The position numbers and the translations under genes were made by a program. A stretch of DNA of 29,816 bases from an uncultured Planctomycetia bacterium. GTDB taxonomy: Bacteria; Omnitrophota; Gorgyraeia; JACOVV01. The DNA lies in NCBI GenBank assembly GCA_964372345.1, contig CAYJQR010000013.1, forward strand, positions 1 through 29,816, given 5' to 3'. Below are positions 1-8,457 of this stretch, in pieces. Each line of letters begins with the position of its first letter. The stretch's first letter is position 1. The notes beneath the pieces are model-generated. The model made no database searches, was not told the DNA's origin, and saw only the letters and a program-made list of their open reading frames with translations.

Positions 1-1
1 G

Positions 2-406
2 TTATTCTTCACCGCGCTGATTTTTGGGGCGATGCTCATCATTACTTTAGTGGAAAGCGCGAGAATCCCCGTGGATAACCCGGAAACACATCTAGAGTTG
101 ACGATGGTCCACGAAGCGATGATTCTGGAATATTCGGGGAGGTATCTGGCCCTGATCGAATGGAGTCATCAGATCAAACAGCTTTTGTTCTTCAGTTTAT
201 TGGCGAACCTTTTCTTCCCTTGGGGGATGGCTTTTTATGTTTTAAAAATTTTCTGTTTGGCTCTGGTGGCCGGCTGGATTGAAATCCACTCCGCCAAACT
301 GCGGTTGTTCCGGGCTCCGGATCTGATCGCGGTCGCCTTTGTTCTGGCGCTCCTTTCTCTGATGGGGCAGTTGATGATAGGGAGGCCGTCGTGGATGCCC
401 AACTGA
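2..406 (+). CDS. HycD/HyfC/NuoH-like membrane subunit of a group-4 hydrogenase-like complex (5'-truncated at window edge)
   Basis: Reading frame is open to the window start. C-terminal segment (ARIPVDNPETHLELTMVHEAMILEYSG...) matches the NuoH/HycD family. It overlaps the next gene by 16 nt, as expected for an operon. Confidence 0.65.
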   Translation, partial: LFFTALIFGAMLIITLVESARIPVDNPETHLELTMVHEAMILEYSGRYLALIEWSHQIKQLLFFSLLANLFFPWGMAFYVLKIFCLALVAGWIEIHSAKLRLFRAPDLIAVAFVLALLSLMGQLMIGRPSWMPN

Positions 407-1050
407 TTTCTTCCCTGATTCATCTGACAGGAATGCTTCTGCTCGCGGCAGCGCTGGCGATGATCGCGTCTCCTCAATTGTTCTCCTGCATCCGGTTGTA
501 CGCGGTTCATTCTCTCCTGCTGGCTTTAACAACGGGACTGATGGCCTGCCATCCCCATCTAGAGCACCTGTGGATCCCGGCGCTTTTAACTCTTCTGTTG
601 AAGACGGTGGTGATTCCCCGGGTTTTCTTCGGCATGATCCGCCGCATCGGTATCCGCCGGGAAGTAGAGAGTTACATCAATATCCCTTTTTCGTTAATCC
701 TGGCGGTGTTACTGCTCTTTCTCTCTTTTTACGGGACGGCCCATTTGTGGGAACTAAGTTCTATCGAGCAGAAAGAATTCATTCCGATGGCGATCGCGAC
801 CGTCTTCTGGGGGATGCTCATGATGGTGACCCGGAAAAAAGCGTTAACGCAAATCGTGGGGCTTCTGTTGATGGAAAACGGCCTTTTCCTGATGGCGGTC
901 ACCCTGACCTCCGGAATGCCTCTCTTGGTAGAGCTAGGCATTTTCTTCGACGTGCTGGTCGGCGTTATCATTATGGGGGTTTTTGTCTTTAAGATCCGGG
1001 ACGCGTTTGAAGGAATTGACGTGGATGACATGACGGTGTTGAAAGGATAA
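391..1050 (+). CDS. HyfE-like small membrane subunit (hydrogenase-4 component E family)
   Basis: 219 aa and hydrophobic. The C-terminus (...DVDDMTVLKG) and overall length mirror E. coli HyfE (...LTALKG). It sits between the HycD-like and antiporter-like genes as in hyf operons. Confidence 0.7.
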   Translation: MDAQLISSLIHLTGMLLLAAALAMIASPQLFSCIRLYAVHSLLLALTTGLMACHPHLEHLWIPALLTLLLKTVVIPRVFFGMIRRIGIRREVESYINIPFSLILAVLLLFLSFYGTAHLWELSSIEQKEFIPMAIATVFWGMLMMVTRKKALTQIVGLLLMENGLFLMAVTLTSGMPLLVELGIFFDVLVGVIIMGVFVFKIRDAFEGIDVDDMTVLKG

Positions 1051-1053
1051 AAA

Positions 1054-2520
1054 ATGTTTCTGCATTTGCTGATGATTCCATTGATAGCGGCGTTATTTTG
1101 CGAACTCTCCCCGGCGCCTTGGGTGAATTGCCTTTCTTTCATTGGAGGGGCGCTGGCGTTAGCGGTCAGCGGGTGGCATTCTGTTTTTTTTGCAAGCCTG
1201 CTTCAGGATAGAATTTTTGCTCTGGATGGAAAACTGCTGATGGACCCGCTGTCGGCGGTCTTCGTTCTCCTCATTGTCTCGCTGGGGATCTTATCGGCTG
1301 TTTACGCGGCGGGGTATCTTTTTGAAAAAAATTCTGGGGTTTCTTCTTTAAAACTCCGCCGTTATACCTGTTTCTTCCATCTTTTTCTTTTTACGATGCT
1401 GCTGACGGTCCTCTCTAATAATCTGGGGGTGATGTGGATTGCTATTGAGGGGACTACCCTGGCTTCCGCGTTTTTGGTGAATGTGGATGATAAAAAAAGT
1501 TCCATCGAAGCGGCGTGGAAATATTTAATCCTCTGCACGGTCGGGATCGCGCTGGCTCTCTTCGGCATTATTCTGGTGTATTATTCGGCCGTATCGGGAG
1601 CGGCGGGAGAGGGGAAAGATTCCCTAAATTGGACCTTTCTGTTAGAGCACGCGCGGCAGTTAAACCCAGAGGTGATGAAACTCGCTTTTATCTTTATTCT
1701 CGTCGGGTACGGGACCAAAGCGGGGTTGGCCCCTTTTCACTCATGGCTCCCGGACGCCCACAGTCAGGCCCCCAGTCCGGTGAGCGCGCTTCTATCCGGG
1801 GTATTGCTCAGCTGTGCCATGCTGGGGATCCTTCGGTTCCATCTCTTGACCCAGGCGGCGACCGGATCGCTTTTTTCATCGCATCTTCTTGTTTTCTTCG
1901 GTATTCTTTCTGTTGCTGTCGCAACCCCCTTCATTCTGGAGCAGGCCGATTACAAGCGGCTCTTCGCCTATTCCAGCGTCGAGCATATGGGGCTGGTCGC
2001 GGCCGGGATCGGATTCGGCAGTCCGTTGGCCGTTTACGGAGCAATCTTTCATGTCATCGTCCACGCTTTTAACAAATCGCTCCTCTTTTTTAGCTGCGGG
2101 CATCTCTTGCATCACTTTGAAACAAAAGAGATCAAAAAAGTAAAAGGGATTTTAAGAACACGGCCGTTTTTAGGAGTGGTCTTCTTTTTGGGGACAATGG
2201 CGATTACCGGGCTGCCTCCCTTCGGCACTTTTGTCAGTGAGTTCATGATCTTAAGCGGCGGGTTCACTGCCCACCGTTGGGTTGCCTGCGGGATTCTGCT
2301 TTTTCTGCTGGTATTTATTTTCGCCGGATTTTTGCGCCACTCAAGCCGCATGACATTCGGAAAGAGTTCATCGCCCGGCCGTTCGGCAAGGAATCTCTGG
2401 ATGGACGGAGTTTTGCTGATAGGAATTTTGTTGCTTCTAGTGATGGGGTTTTATCTGCCGAGCCCTTTGCATCAACTGATACAAAGAGCGAGTCTCATTG
2501 CTGGAGTGCCTTTCTCATGA
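1054..2520 (+). CDS. NuoL/M/N-family antiporter-like membrane subunit (HyfF/HyfB-like)
   Basis: 488 aa. Carries the Mrp/NuoL-M-N signature stretches WIAIEGTTLASAFLV and GTKAGLAPFHSWLPDAHSQAPSPVSALLSG. An AAAGGA Shine-Dalgarno sits 6 nt before the ATG. Confidence 0.8.
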   Translation: MFLHLLMIPLIAALFCELSPAPWVNCLSFIGGALALAVSGWHSVFFASLLQDRIFALDGKLLMDPLSAVFVLLIVSLGILSAVYAAGYLFEKNSGVSSLKLRRYTCFFHLFLFTMLLTVLSNNLGVMWIAIEGTTLASAFLVNVDDKKSSIEAAWKYLILCTVGIALALFGIILVYYSAVSGAAGEGKDSLNWTFLLEHARQLNPEVMKLAFIFILVGYGTKAGLAPFHSWLPDAHSQAPSPVSALLSGVLLSCAMLGILRFHLLTQAATGSLFSSHLLVFFGILSVAVATPFILEQADYKRLFAYSSVEHMGLVAAGIGFGSPLAVYGAIFHVIVHAFNKSLLFFSCGHLLHHFETKEIKKVKGILRTRPFLGVVFFLGTMAITGLPPFGTFVSEFMILSGGFTAHRWVACGILLFLLVFIFAGFLRHSSRMTFGKSSSPGRSARNLWMDGVLLIGILLLLVMGFYLPSPLHQLIQRASLIAGVPFS

Positions 2521-4031
2521 ATCCTTTACTGCATGGTTTATTAGAGAAATTAGGGGCCAACGTCAAAAAAAGCTGGGATCAGAACGATAAGGAATCGTGC
2601 CTGCTGGTTGACAAGAATCACACCGTCAGCGTTGTACAAGCGTTGACTCAAGGATTAGGGATGCGGTTTTTGTTTCTCTTTGCCAGCGATGAAAGAAGAG
2701 AGAAGGGATGCTTTTGCGTTCGATACCTGTTTTCCCATTCTCATCAAGACTGGTTTCTCAGGGTCGAAGTCGAAATCCCAGAGAGTGAACCTCGCTTCCC
2801 TTCTCTGACGCCGATATTGCCGCAGGCGGATTGGATGGAGCGAGAAATTCAGGATCTCTACGGACTTACCCCGGAGGGGCATCCTGATCCGCGCCGGCTC
2901 GTCTTCCATGGAAAAGAGGGAGAATATCACTTTGACCGGGTTGAAGGGGAAGGGGTTTTTGAGATCCCGGTAGGGCCTGTCCACGCGGGAATCATTGAAC
3001 CGGGGCATTTCCGCTTTTCCTCCGCGGGTGAAAGTATTATCAAACTTGAAATCCGGCATTTTTATACTCATAAAGGAACTGAGAAGCTCGGGGAAGGCAA
3101 GAGCGCTGACCCTCTGTTGTGTCTAGCGGAGCGAATCTCAGGAGACAACTCTCTGGCCCACGCGACGGCATGCGCTCAAGGATTAGAAACTCTCTGCGGC
3201 CTTCAGGCGCCGCCGCGCGCTCATCTTCTGCGCGTGATTTTCCTTGAAATGGAACGGGTGTATAACCATTTGGGAGACATTTCTGGTATTGCCTTGGATG
3301 TGGCCTTTGGTTTCGGCGCCGCGCAGTTGGCAAGAATTAAAGAGCGAGTGATGCGCCTCAATGAACGCCTCACCGGCAGCCGTTTGCTTCGTTCCGTGGT
3401 TGTCGTTGGCGGCGTCCGGAGAGACCTTTCTAAGAGTGAGCAGGCGTTTCTTCTCGATGAACTGAAACGAATCAAACAAGATTTTGACAGCGTCATTCAA
3501 TTTCTATGGAGCGTCAGTTCCTTGATGGATCGAATCCATGGAACCGGCGTCATAGAAAAAGAGATCGCCGAAGTTTTAGGGGCTGTCGGCCCCGTCGGCA
3601 GGGCCTCAGGAATTGACCGTGACCTCCGGCGGGAACATTCTTACGCCGCCTACCAGAACCTCTTCTTTATGGTCCCTGTTTTCCCTGAAGGAGACGTGGA
3701 GAGCCGCGTACGGGTGAGAGTGCAGGAGATTTATGAGTCCTTTAAACTAATTCAGGAAGCGGTGGAAGCGCTTCCCCAGACTCCTTGTCGTGTTCCTGCT
3801 GGAGAGTTACCGCCAAACCAAAGCGCTCTTGGGTATGTTGAGTCGCCGCGCGGCGCCTGTTTCCATTGGATCCAGACCGATTCTAGAGGAAAGATTGCCC
3901 GATGGAAAATTCATTCTCCCTCTTTTGCCAATTGGCGGCTGATTGAGTACGCGGTCCTTGGGAACATTATTCCGGATTTTCCGTTGATTAATAAAAGCAT
4001 GAACCTTTCTTACTCCGGAAACGATAGATGA
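2517..4031 (+). CDS. Fused NuoC-NuoD / HycE-type 'large subunit' lacking the Ni-Fe cysteine ligands (Ehr-like)
   Basis: The ATG overlaps the upstream stop (ATGA). The N-terminal third is NuoC-like and the remainder is NuoD/HycE-like (YHFDRVEGEGVFEIPVGPVHAGIIEPGHFRF). Positions equivalent to the RxCGxCxxxH and C-terminal DPCxxCxxH/R motifs read ERISGDNSLAH and ...KSMNLSYSGNDR, with no cysteine. Confidence 0.8.
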   Translation: MNPLLHGLLEKLGANVKKSWDQNDKESCLLVDKNHTVSVVQALTQGLGMRFLFLFASDERREKGCFCVRYLFSHSHQDWFLRVEVEIPESEPRFPSLTPILPQADWMEREIQDLYGLTPEGHPDPRRLVFHGKEGEYHFDRVEGEGVFEIPVGPVHAGIIEPGHFRFSSAGESIIKLEIRHFYTHKGTEKLGEGKSADPLLCLAERISGDNSLAHATACAQGLETLCGLQAPPRAHLLRVIFLEMERVYNHLGDISGIALDVAFGFGAAQLARIKERVMRLNERLTGSRLLRSVVVVGGVRRDLSKSEQAFLLDELKRIKQDFDSVIQFLWSVSSLMDRIHGTGVIEKEIAEVLGAVGPVGRASGIDRDLRREHSYAAYQNLFFMVPVFPEGDVESRVRVRVQEIYESFKLIQEAVEALPQTPCRVPAGELPPNQSALGYVESPRGACFHWIQTDSRGKIARWKIHSPSFANWRLIEYAVLGNIIPDFPLINKSMNLSYSGNDR

Positions 4032-4077
4032 GTAGATTACTTTGTCATTCCGACCGAAGTGACAGCAGGAGGAAACA

Positions 4078-4947
4078 GTGTTTCGGTTAATTCAAAAAAA
4101 CGCGCAGGTCGGGAAAGTGACACTTCCGTATGTCCCGGAAAAGACGCCGCCGCCGGAGGGGTTCATGGGAGCGCCGGAGATTGATCCGGCAAAATGCACC
4201 GGCTGCGGCAAGTGCGTGCCGGTTTGCCCTACCGACGCCCTGGCCATCGAAGATAAACCAGCCGAGAATCAAAGAATTTTCTTTCTCTCTTACGGAGATT
4301 GCATTTTCTGTGGCTTATGCGAACCGGCCTGCCCTTATCAGGCGGTCTCGTTTAAAGGAAAGTTTGAATTGGCCACGCAGGATAAGAAGGCCTTGAGCTT
4401 AGAATTCCCTTTTCAGCTGTCGCAATGCGCTAAAGATTCTGCTTTTATGCCGCGAGAAGCCCTTCCCATCAAAGAAAAACCGAGTACCACGCGGGAATTG
4501 GATAAAATGGGTGGACTTCTCAACGCCAAAATCAAAAAACTCTTTGGCCGTTCTCTGCATATCCGCGAAGTGGACGCCGGTTCCTGCAATGGGTGTGAGG
4601 TTGAAATCACAAATTTGTCCAATCCCATCTACGACGTCGAACGCTTCGGCATTCATTTTGTCGCCTCCCCCCGGCATGCCGACATGTTGCTGGTTACAGG
4701 GCCTGTTACCCGGCAGATGGAACTGGCGTTAGTAAAAACTTTCGAGGCAGCACCCGCGCCAAAATTAGTGGTCGCCTGCGGAGGGTGTGCTATCGGTGGA
4801 GGGATATTTAAGGGAAGCTACGCGGTTGTTGGAGGGGTTGACCGCGTTATTCCTGTGGATTGTTATATCCCCGGCTGTCCACCGCGGCCGGAAGCGATCC
4901 TGCATGGAATCTTTGTCGCCTTGGGTAAGTTGGCAAAAAAGGGTTGA
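4078..4947 (+). CDS. Fusion of 2x[4Fe-4S] ferredoxin (HycF/NuoI-like) and hydrogenase small subunit (HycG/NuoB-like)
   Basis: GTG start with an AGGAGG Shine-Dalgarno 6 nt upstream. Two ferredoxin CxxCxxCxxxCP motifs are present (CTGCGKCVPVCP, CIFCGLCEPACP). They are followed by the small-subunit cluster motifs GSCNGCE, ACGGCAIGGG and CYIPGCPP. Confidence 0.8.
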   Translation: MFRLIQKNAQVGKVTLPYVPEKTPPPEGFMGAPEIDPAKCTGCGKCVPVCPTDALAIEDKPAENQRIFFLSYGDCIFCGLCEPACPYQAVSFKGKFELATQDKKALSLEFPFQLSQCAKDSAFMPREALPIKEKPSTTRELDKMGGLLNAKIKKLFGRSLHIREVDAGSCNGCEVEITNLSNPIYDVERFGIHFVASPRHADMLLVTGPVTRQMELALVKTFEAAPAPKLVVACGGCAIGGGIFKGSYAVVGGVDRVIPVDCYIPGCPPRPEAILHGIFVALGKLAKKG

Positions 4948-5002
4948 CGAGTCAGGGGAAAATAGTTTAAGCTACTAGGACTCAAAGTTCAAGGAGGAAC
5001 GC

Positions 5003-5236
5003 ATGGCTTACGACAGCACGCTTGACGCGCAATTGTTCTCAAAGTCCTGGGAGGCCGAAGAAACCCGGCTGATTGTCAGTGTCTATTCCTATAATAAAGG
5101 GGCTAAGAAACTGCAGATCTCCAGGGAAACAAAAGATAACGAAGGGAATTTCCGGTTCGCCAAACTCGGACGGTTGACCAAAGAAGAGGCGGAGGCGATC
5201 CTTCCTTCCATCCAGGAAGCAGTCACGCATTTATGA
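5003..5236 (+). CDS. PC4/YdbC-like small ssDNA-binding protein (77 aa)
   Basis: Strong AAGGAGG Shine-Dalgarno. From memory, the sequence SKSWEAEETRLIVSVYSYNKGAKKLQISRETKDNEGNFRFAKLGRLTKEEAEA fits the bacterial PC4-like (YdbC) pattern. Confidence 0.5.
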   Translation: MAYDSTLDAQLFSKSWEAEETRLIVSVYSYNKGAKKLQISRETKDNEGNFRFAKLGRLTKEEAEAILPSIQEAVTHL

Positions 5237-5249
5237 CTCCCGCGAAAAC

Positions 5250-6518
5250 ATGACGATTGAATTGACTTTTGATTCGCTCAAACTTCACCCAAATCTGCTC
5301 AAGGGAATTCACAATATGGGCTACCTGCGCCCGACCCCGATTCAAGCGCAGGCGATTCCGGCTATTATTGATGGACGGGACGTCATCGGCTGTGCCCAGA
5401 CCGGGACAGGGAAAACCGCGGCTTTCGTTTTACCGATTCTGAACCGGCTCCTTCAGGGGCAAAGCCGCAAAAACGTCCGCACCCTCATTGTGACGCCGAC
5501 CCGTGAGCTGGCTCTGCAGGTGATGGAACATTTGCGAGACCTCTCTAAGTTCGTCCACTTAAAAGGGGCGGCCATTTTTGGAGGAGTCCCGATGTCGCCG
5601 CAGATCAGCGCTCTTGCCAGAGGAGTAGACATTATCTCCGCGACTCCCGGCCGGCTTCTCGACCACATTTATTCAGGACGGATTGACTTTGCCGACCTGG
5701 AGGTTTTTGTGCTGGATGAGGTAGACCGGATGCTGGACATGGGATTTCTCCCAGACATCCAAAAAATCATTCGTCTATTGCCTCCCAAACGCCAGACTCT
5801 TGTCTTCTCCGCGACGCTCCCGCCGGAAATTCGGACTCTTGTTGATAGGATACTCACCAATCCTGTCACGATTCAGATCGGCCAGCGTTCCAGTACCCCA
5901 GTCGGCATCCGGCACGCCATCTATCCGGTCCCGCGACATCTGAAAACAGATCTACTGGCACAGCTCTTAAGAGGACAGGGGATGACGTCGGTTCTCGTCT
6001 TCACCCGGACAAAGCACTACGCGGATCGTCTGGCCCAAACGCTGCTAAAGAGGGGATTAAGAGTTTCAGTCATGCACGGAGACCGCAGTCAGAGCCAGCG
6101 ATTGCATGCCATGGAGGAATTTCGCCGAGGCCGCAACCAGATTATGGTCGCCACCGACGTCGCCGCTCGCGGGATTGACATTGACGACATCAGCCATGTC
6201 GTTAACTTCGACATTCCCGACACACCCGAAAACTACATCCATCGAATCGGCCGAACCGCCCGCGCCGAAGCGACCGGGGACGCTTTTACCCTTGTCGCAC
6301 CCGATGAAGAAGAGATGGTGAAAGAAATCGAAAAAATGTTGAAACAATCGCTCCCGCGCGTGACGCTTCCGGATTTTGATTACAAGAAATCAGCTCCCCC
6401 CAGACAACACGGCCTCTCCGCGCCCCGCGGCAGAGGATCTTTCTCTCATTCGCAACGCCACCACTCAGGGCCGCCCCGCCGGCAGGGACAAGGCCACCGC
6501 CGCCCCCGTTTCGGCTGA
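5250..6518 (+). CDS. DEAD-box ATP-dependent RNA helicase (RhlE-like, with Arg/Gly-rich basic C-terminal tail)
   Basis: Helicase motifs are present: Q-motif region, AQTGTGKT (I), PTRELA (Ia), DEVD (II), SAT (III) and HRIGRTAR (VI). The C-terminus is R/G/H/P-rich. Confidence 0.9.
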   Translation: MTIELTFDSLKLHPNLLKGIHNMGYLRPTPIQAQAIPAIIDGRDVIGCAQTGTGKTAAFVLPILNRLLQGQSRKNVRTLIVTPTRELALQVMEHLRDLSKFVHLKGAAIFGGVPMSPQISALARGVDIISATPGRLLDHIYSGRIDFADLEVFVLDEVDRMLDMGFLPDIQKIIRLLPPKRQTLVFSATLPPEIRTLVDRILTNPVTIQIGQRSSTPVGIRHAIYPVPRHLKTDLLAQLLRGQGMTSVLVFTRTKHYADRLAQTLLKRGLRVSVMHGDRSQSQRLHAMEEFRRGRNQIMVATDVAARGIDIDDISHVVNFDIPDTPENYIHRIGRTARAEATGDAFTLVAPDEEEMVKEIEKMLKQSLPRVTLPDFDYKKSAPPRQHGLSAPRGRGSFSHSQRHHSGPPRRQGQGHRRPRFG

Positions 6519-6668
6519 CGGGAAGCCCCGTTTGTTTCGTTGTCATCAATCCCCATTTTGGTATAAAATGATAGAAATACCTTTTGTTTTTACGAGATAC
6601 GAACAACGCCTGCCCGCCTCTGGCGGGAACAACGAAAAAACCAGTGTGAGTAATGAGTCATTAGGGAT

Positions 6669-6692
6669 AAAATTTTGCTGACGCAAAATTTT
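6669..6692. promoter_or_regulatory. 10-bp inverted repeat AAAATTTTGC-tgac-GCAAAATTTT abutting the 5' end of tRNA-Ser(GCT)
   Basis: Perfect arms read directly. A TATAAAAT-like box lies about 110 nt upstream. Possible operator or processing hairpin. Confidence 0.25.
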
Positions 6693-6694
6693 AT

Positions 6695-6787
6695 GGAGAG
6701 GTGGGTGAGCGGCTGAAACCAATCGCCTGCTAAGCGATTGATCTCCCAAAAGGGGGTCCCCGGGTTCGAATCCCGGCCTCTCCGCCA
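6695..6787 (+). tRNA. tRNA-Ser (anticodon GCT), long variable arm, CCA encoded
   Basis: Acceptor stem GGAGAGG/CCTCTCC. Anticodon stem ATCGC/GCGAT with loop CTGCTAA. T-arm CCGGG-TTCGAAT-CCCGG. Discriminator G. Confidence 0.85.
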
Positions 6788-6812
6788 TACCGTCGCCCAA
6801 AGGGCGACGGTA
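6788..6812 (+). terminator. Perfect 11-bp stem-loop (TACCGTCGCCC-AAA-GGGCGACGGTA) immediately 3' of the tRNA
   Basis: Read directly. No U-tract follows, so it is more likely a processing or structural element than a classic intrinsic terminator. Confidence 0.3.
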
Positions 6813-6894
6813 TGGCGAGATCCGTTATAAGGTGGTGCAACACGAAACTTGGCGAGACGAACTCTCCGTCAAGCCCGCATAAATCAGAATAGGC

Positions 6895-7137
6895 ATGCAT
6901 TATGTTTACATTCTTCTCAATGAATCAAAAACAAGAACATATACCGGCGTCGCCAGAGATGTTGAGAAAAGACTACAAGATCATAATGACGGTAAAGTCA
7001 ACTCGTCCCGTCCATATCGTCCTTATCAGATCATTCACACCGAATCATTTGAAACATTGAGTGAAGCTCGACAAAAAGAGAAATTCTATAAATCAACAAC
7101 TGGCCGCAGAAGGTTGAAAGAAATCCTTTTTCGGTGA
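6895..7137 (+). CDS. GIY-YIG domain nuclease family protein (80 aa, YhbQ-like)
   Basis: N-terminal HYVYILLNESKTRTYTGVARDVEKRLQDHN fits the GIY-YIG signature (YxYIL...Y.G.T.dl.rR...H). It lies next to a tRNA at the island edge. Confidence 0.7.
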   Translation: MHYVYILLNESKTRTYTGVARDVEKRLQDHNDGKVNSSRPYRPYQIIHTESFETLSEARQKEKFYKSTTGRRRLKEILFR

Positions 7138-7205
7138 ATCCTTTTCAGTCTCGATCTCTGAACCCCCTTCCTTTTATTCCTCAAAAGGTATATATTAAAT
7201 GTTAA

Positions 7206-7451
7206 ATGCCGAAGATTCGATCCATGAAAACAGCCATAGACCCCAAAAAACTAGGCAAAAAGATCAAGCTGGCCCGGGTGGAGCAGGACCTGACCCAAAC
7301 CCAACTGGCCGACCTCATCCAGGCCAAGCAAAAGAGCATTTCCCGGTATGAAGGTGGCTTGTCCATGCCATCCGTAGAGACCCTGGTCAAAATCGCTAAG
7401 ACTCTTAGAAAACCTACGGCTTACTTCTTGGAAGATGAGGGAAAGGTATGA
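7206..7451 (+). CDS. XRE-family helix-turn-helix transcriptional regulator (possible controller of the adjacent Mrr cassette)
   Basis: LTQTQLADLIQAKQKSISRYEGG is a Cro/C1-type HTH. A TATATT box lies upstream. The true start may be the second ATG at 7224. Confidence 0.7.
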   Translation: MPKIRSMKTAIDPKKLGKKIKLARVEQDLTQTQLADLIQAKQKSISRYEGGLSMPSVETLVKIAKTLRKPTAYFLEDEGKV

Positions 7452-7454
7452 AAG
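7372..7454 (+). repeat. Direct repeat copy A (3' end of the XRE gene)
   Basis: About 80 bp, roughly 88% identical to 9312..9392 (ccgtagagaccctggtcaaaatcgctaagactcttagaaaacctacggcttacttcttggaagatgag...). Confidence 0.7.
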
Positions 7455-7506
7455 CTAATCAGTATTATTTCGGTTGTCGTTAGTCGTTAACGAAGAAAGG
7501 ATATAC

Positions 7507-8424
7507 ATGGCAATACCAGATTTCCAATCAACCATGCTTCCACTGCTTCATTTTACAGCCGATGGGAGCGAACGGTCATCTCGAGAAGCAATCGAAGGGT
7601 TAGCTGAAAAATTCGGGCTTACGGATGCCGAAAGAAAAGAACTGTTGCCAAGTGGACAGCAATTTACTTTTGATAATCGGCTTAATTGGGCTCGAACCTA
7701 TATGAGCAAAGCCGGCCTGTTGGAACCGACACAACGCGGGTATTTCCGGATAACTCAACGTGGCAAGGAAGTACTTGCGAAAAATCCCTCTACGATTAAT
7801 GTAAAGTTTCTAGAACAATTCCCTGAGTTCATAGAATTCAGAACTAAACACCGAGAACAAAAAGAAACTAAAGCAGCGATCGAAACGGAAACCCTCCAAA
7901 CACCTGCCGAATTGCTTGAAACTGCGTATCAGAAACTTCACGAAGATCTGTCTGCCGAGCTTCTGAAGAACGTGAAGGAAGAATGTTCTCCTACTTTTTT
8001 TGAACGTCTTGTTATCGACCTTTTGGTAAAAATGGGCTATGGCGGCAACCGAAAGGAAGCAGGGAAAGCCATTGGACGGAGCGGCGATGAAGGAATTGAC
8101 GGAATCATCAACGAAGATCGTCTTGGGCTTGATGTCATCTACATTCAGGCGAAGCGATGGCAGGCGCCGGTCGGGCGTCCAGAAATTCAAAAATTCGCCG
8201 GCGCCCTACAAGGACATCGCGCAAAGAAAGGTATCTTTATCACAACTTCTGCCTTTACCAAAGAAGCCGAGGATTATGTCGCGAAAATCGATTCGAAGAT
8301 TGTCCTAATAGACGGCGAACAACTCGCTCAGTTCATGATTGATCACAACATTGGAGTAACTTCGGTTGCCTCATATGAAACCAAGAGGATCGACTCCGAT
8401 TACTTTGCCGAAGGGGCGGCGTAA
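7507..8424 (+). CDS. mrr: Mrr-family type IV (modification-dependent) restriction endonuclease
   Basis: N-terminal winged helix (MAIPDFQSTMLPLL...). Mrr catalytic core LVIDLLVKMGYGG...GRSGDEGIDGI...DVIYIQAKRW. A GAAAGGA Shine-Dalgarno sits 6 nt before ATG 7507. The in-frame upstream TTG at 7474 was rejected. Confidence 0.85.
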   Translation: MAIPDFQSTMLPLLHFTADGSERSSREAIEGLAEKFGLTDAERKELLPSGQQFTFDNRLNWARTYMSKAGLLEPTQRGYFRITQRGKEVLAKNPSTINVKFLEQFPEFIEFRTKHREQKETKAAIETETLQTPAELLETAYQKLHEDLSAELLKNVKEECSPTFFERLVIDLLVKMGYGGNRKEAGKAIGRSGDEGIDGIINEDRLGLDVIYIQAKRWQAPVGRPEIQKFAGALQGHRAKKGIFITTSAFTKEAEDYVAKIDSKIVLIDGEQLAQFMIDHNIGVTSVASYETKRIDSDYFAEGAA

Positions 8425-8457
8425 CATCCGCGTACTGAAAAGAGAAAGCCATAGAAA

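Noticed and set aside
2277-2516. Upstream extension of the large-subunit ORF (start 2277)
   Set aside because: It would overlap the antiporter-like gene by 240 nt. An ATG at 2517 overlaps the upstream stop (ATGA), and the protein's NuoC-like domain begins there.
729-3500. Various minus-strand ORFs (729..1142, 1362..1568, 2655..3071, 3040..3500)
   Set aside because: All are antisense to well-supported hydrogenase-like subunit genes and lack Shine-Dalgarno sequences or family features.
4130-4396. Arg-rich 88-aa alternative-frame ORF, plus minus-strand ORFs at 4087..4677
   Set aside because: They are embedded in the ferredoxin/small-subunit fusion gene, whose Fe-S motifs establish the true frame.
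6546-6800. 84-aa minus-strand ORF
   Set aside because: It is entirely antisense to tRNA-Ser(GCT) and its flanking hairpins. It has a TTG start and no Shine-Dalgarno.
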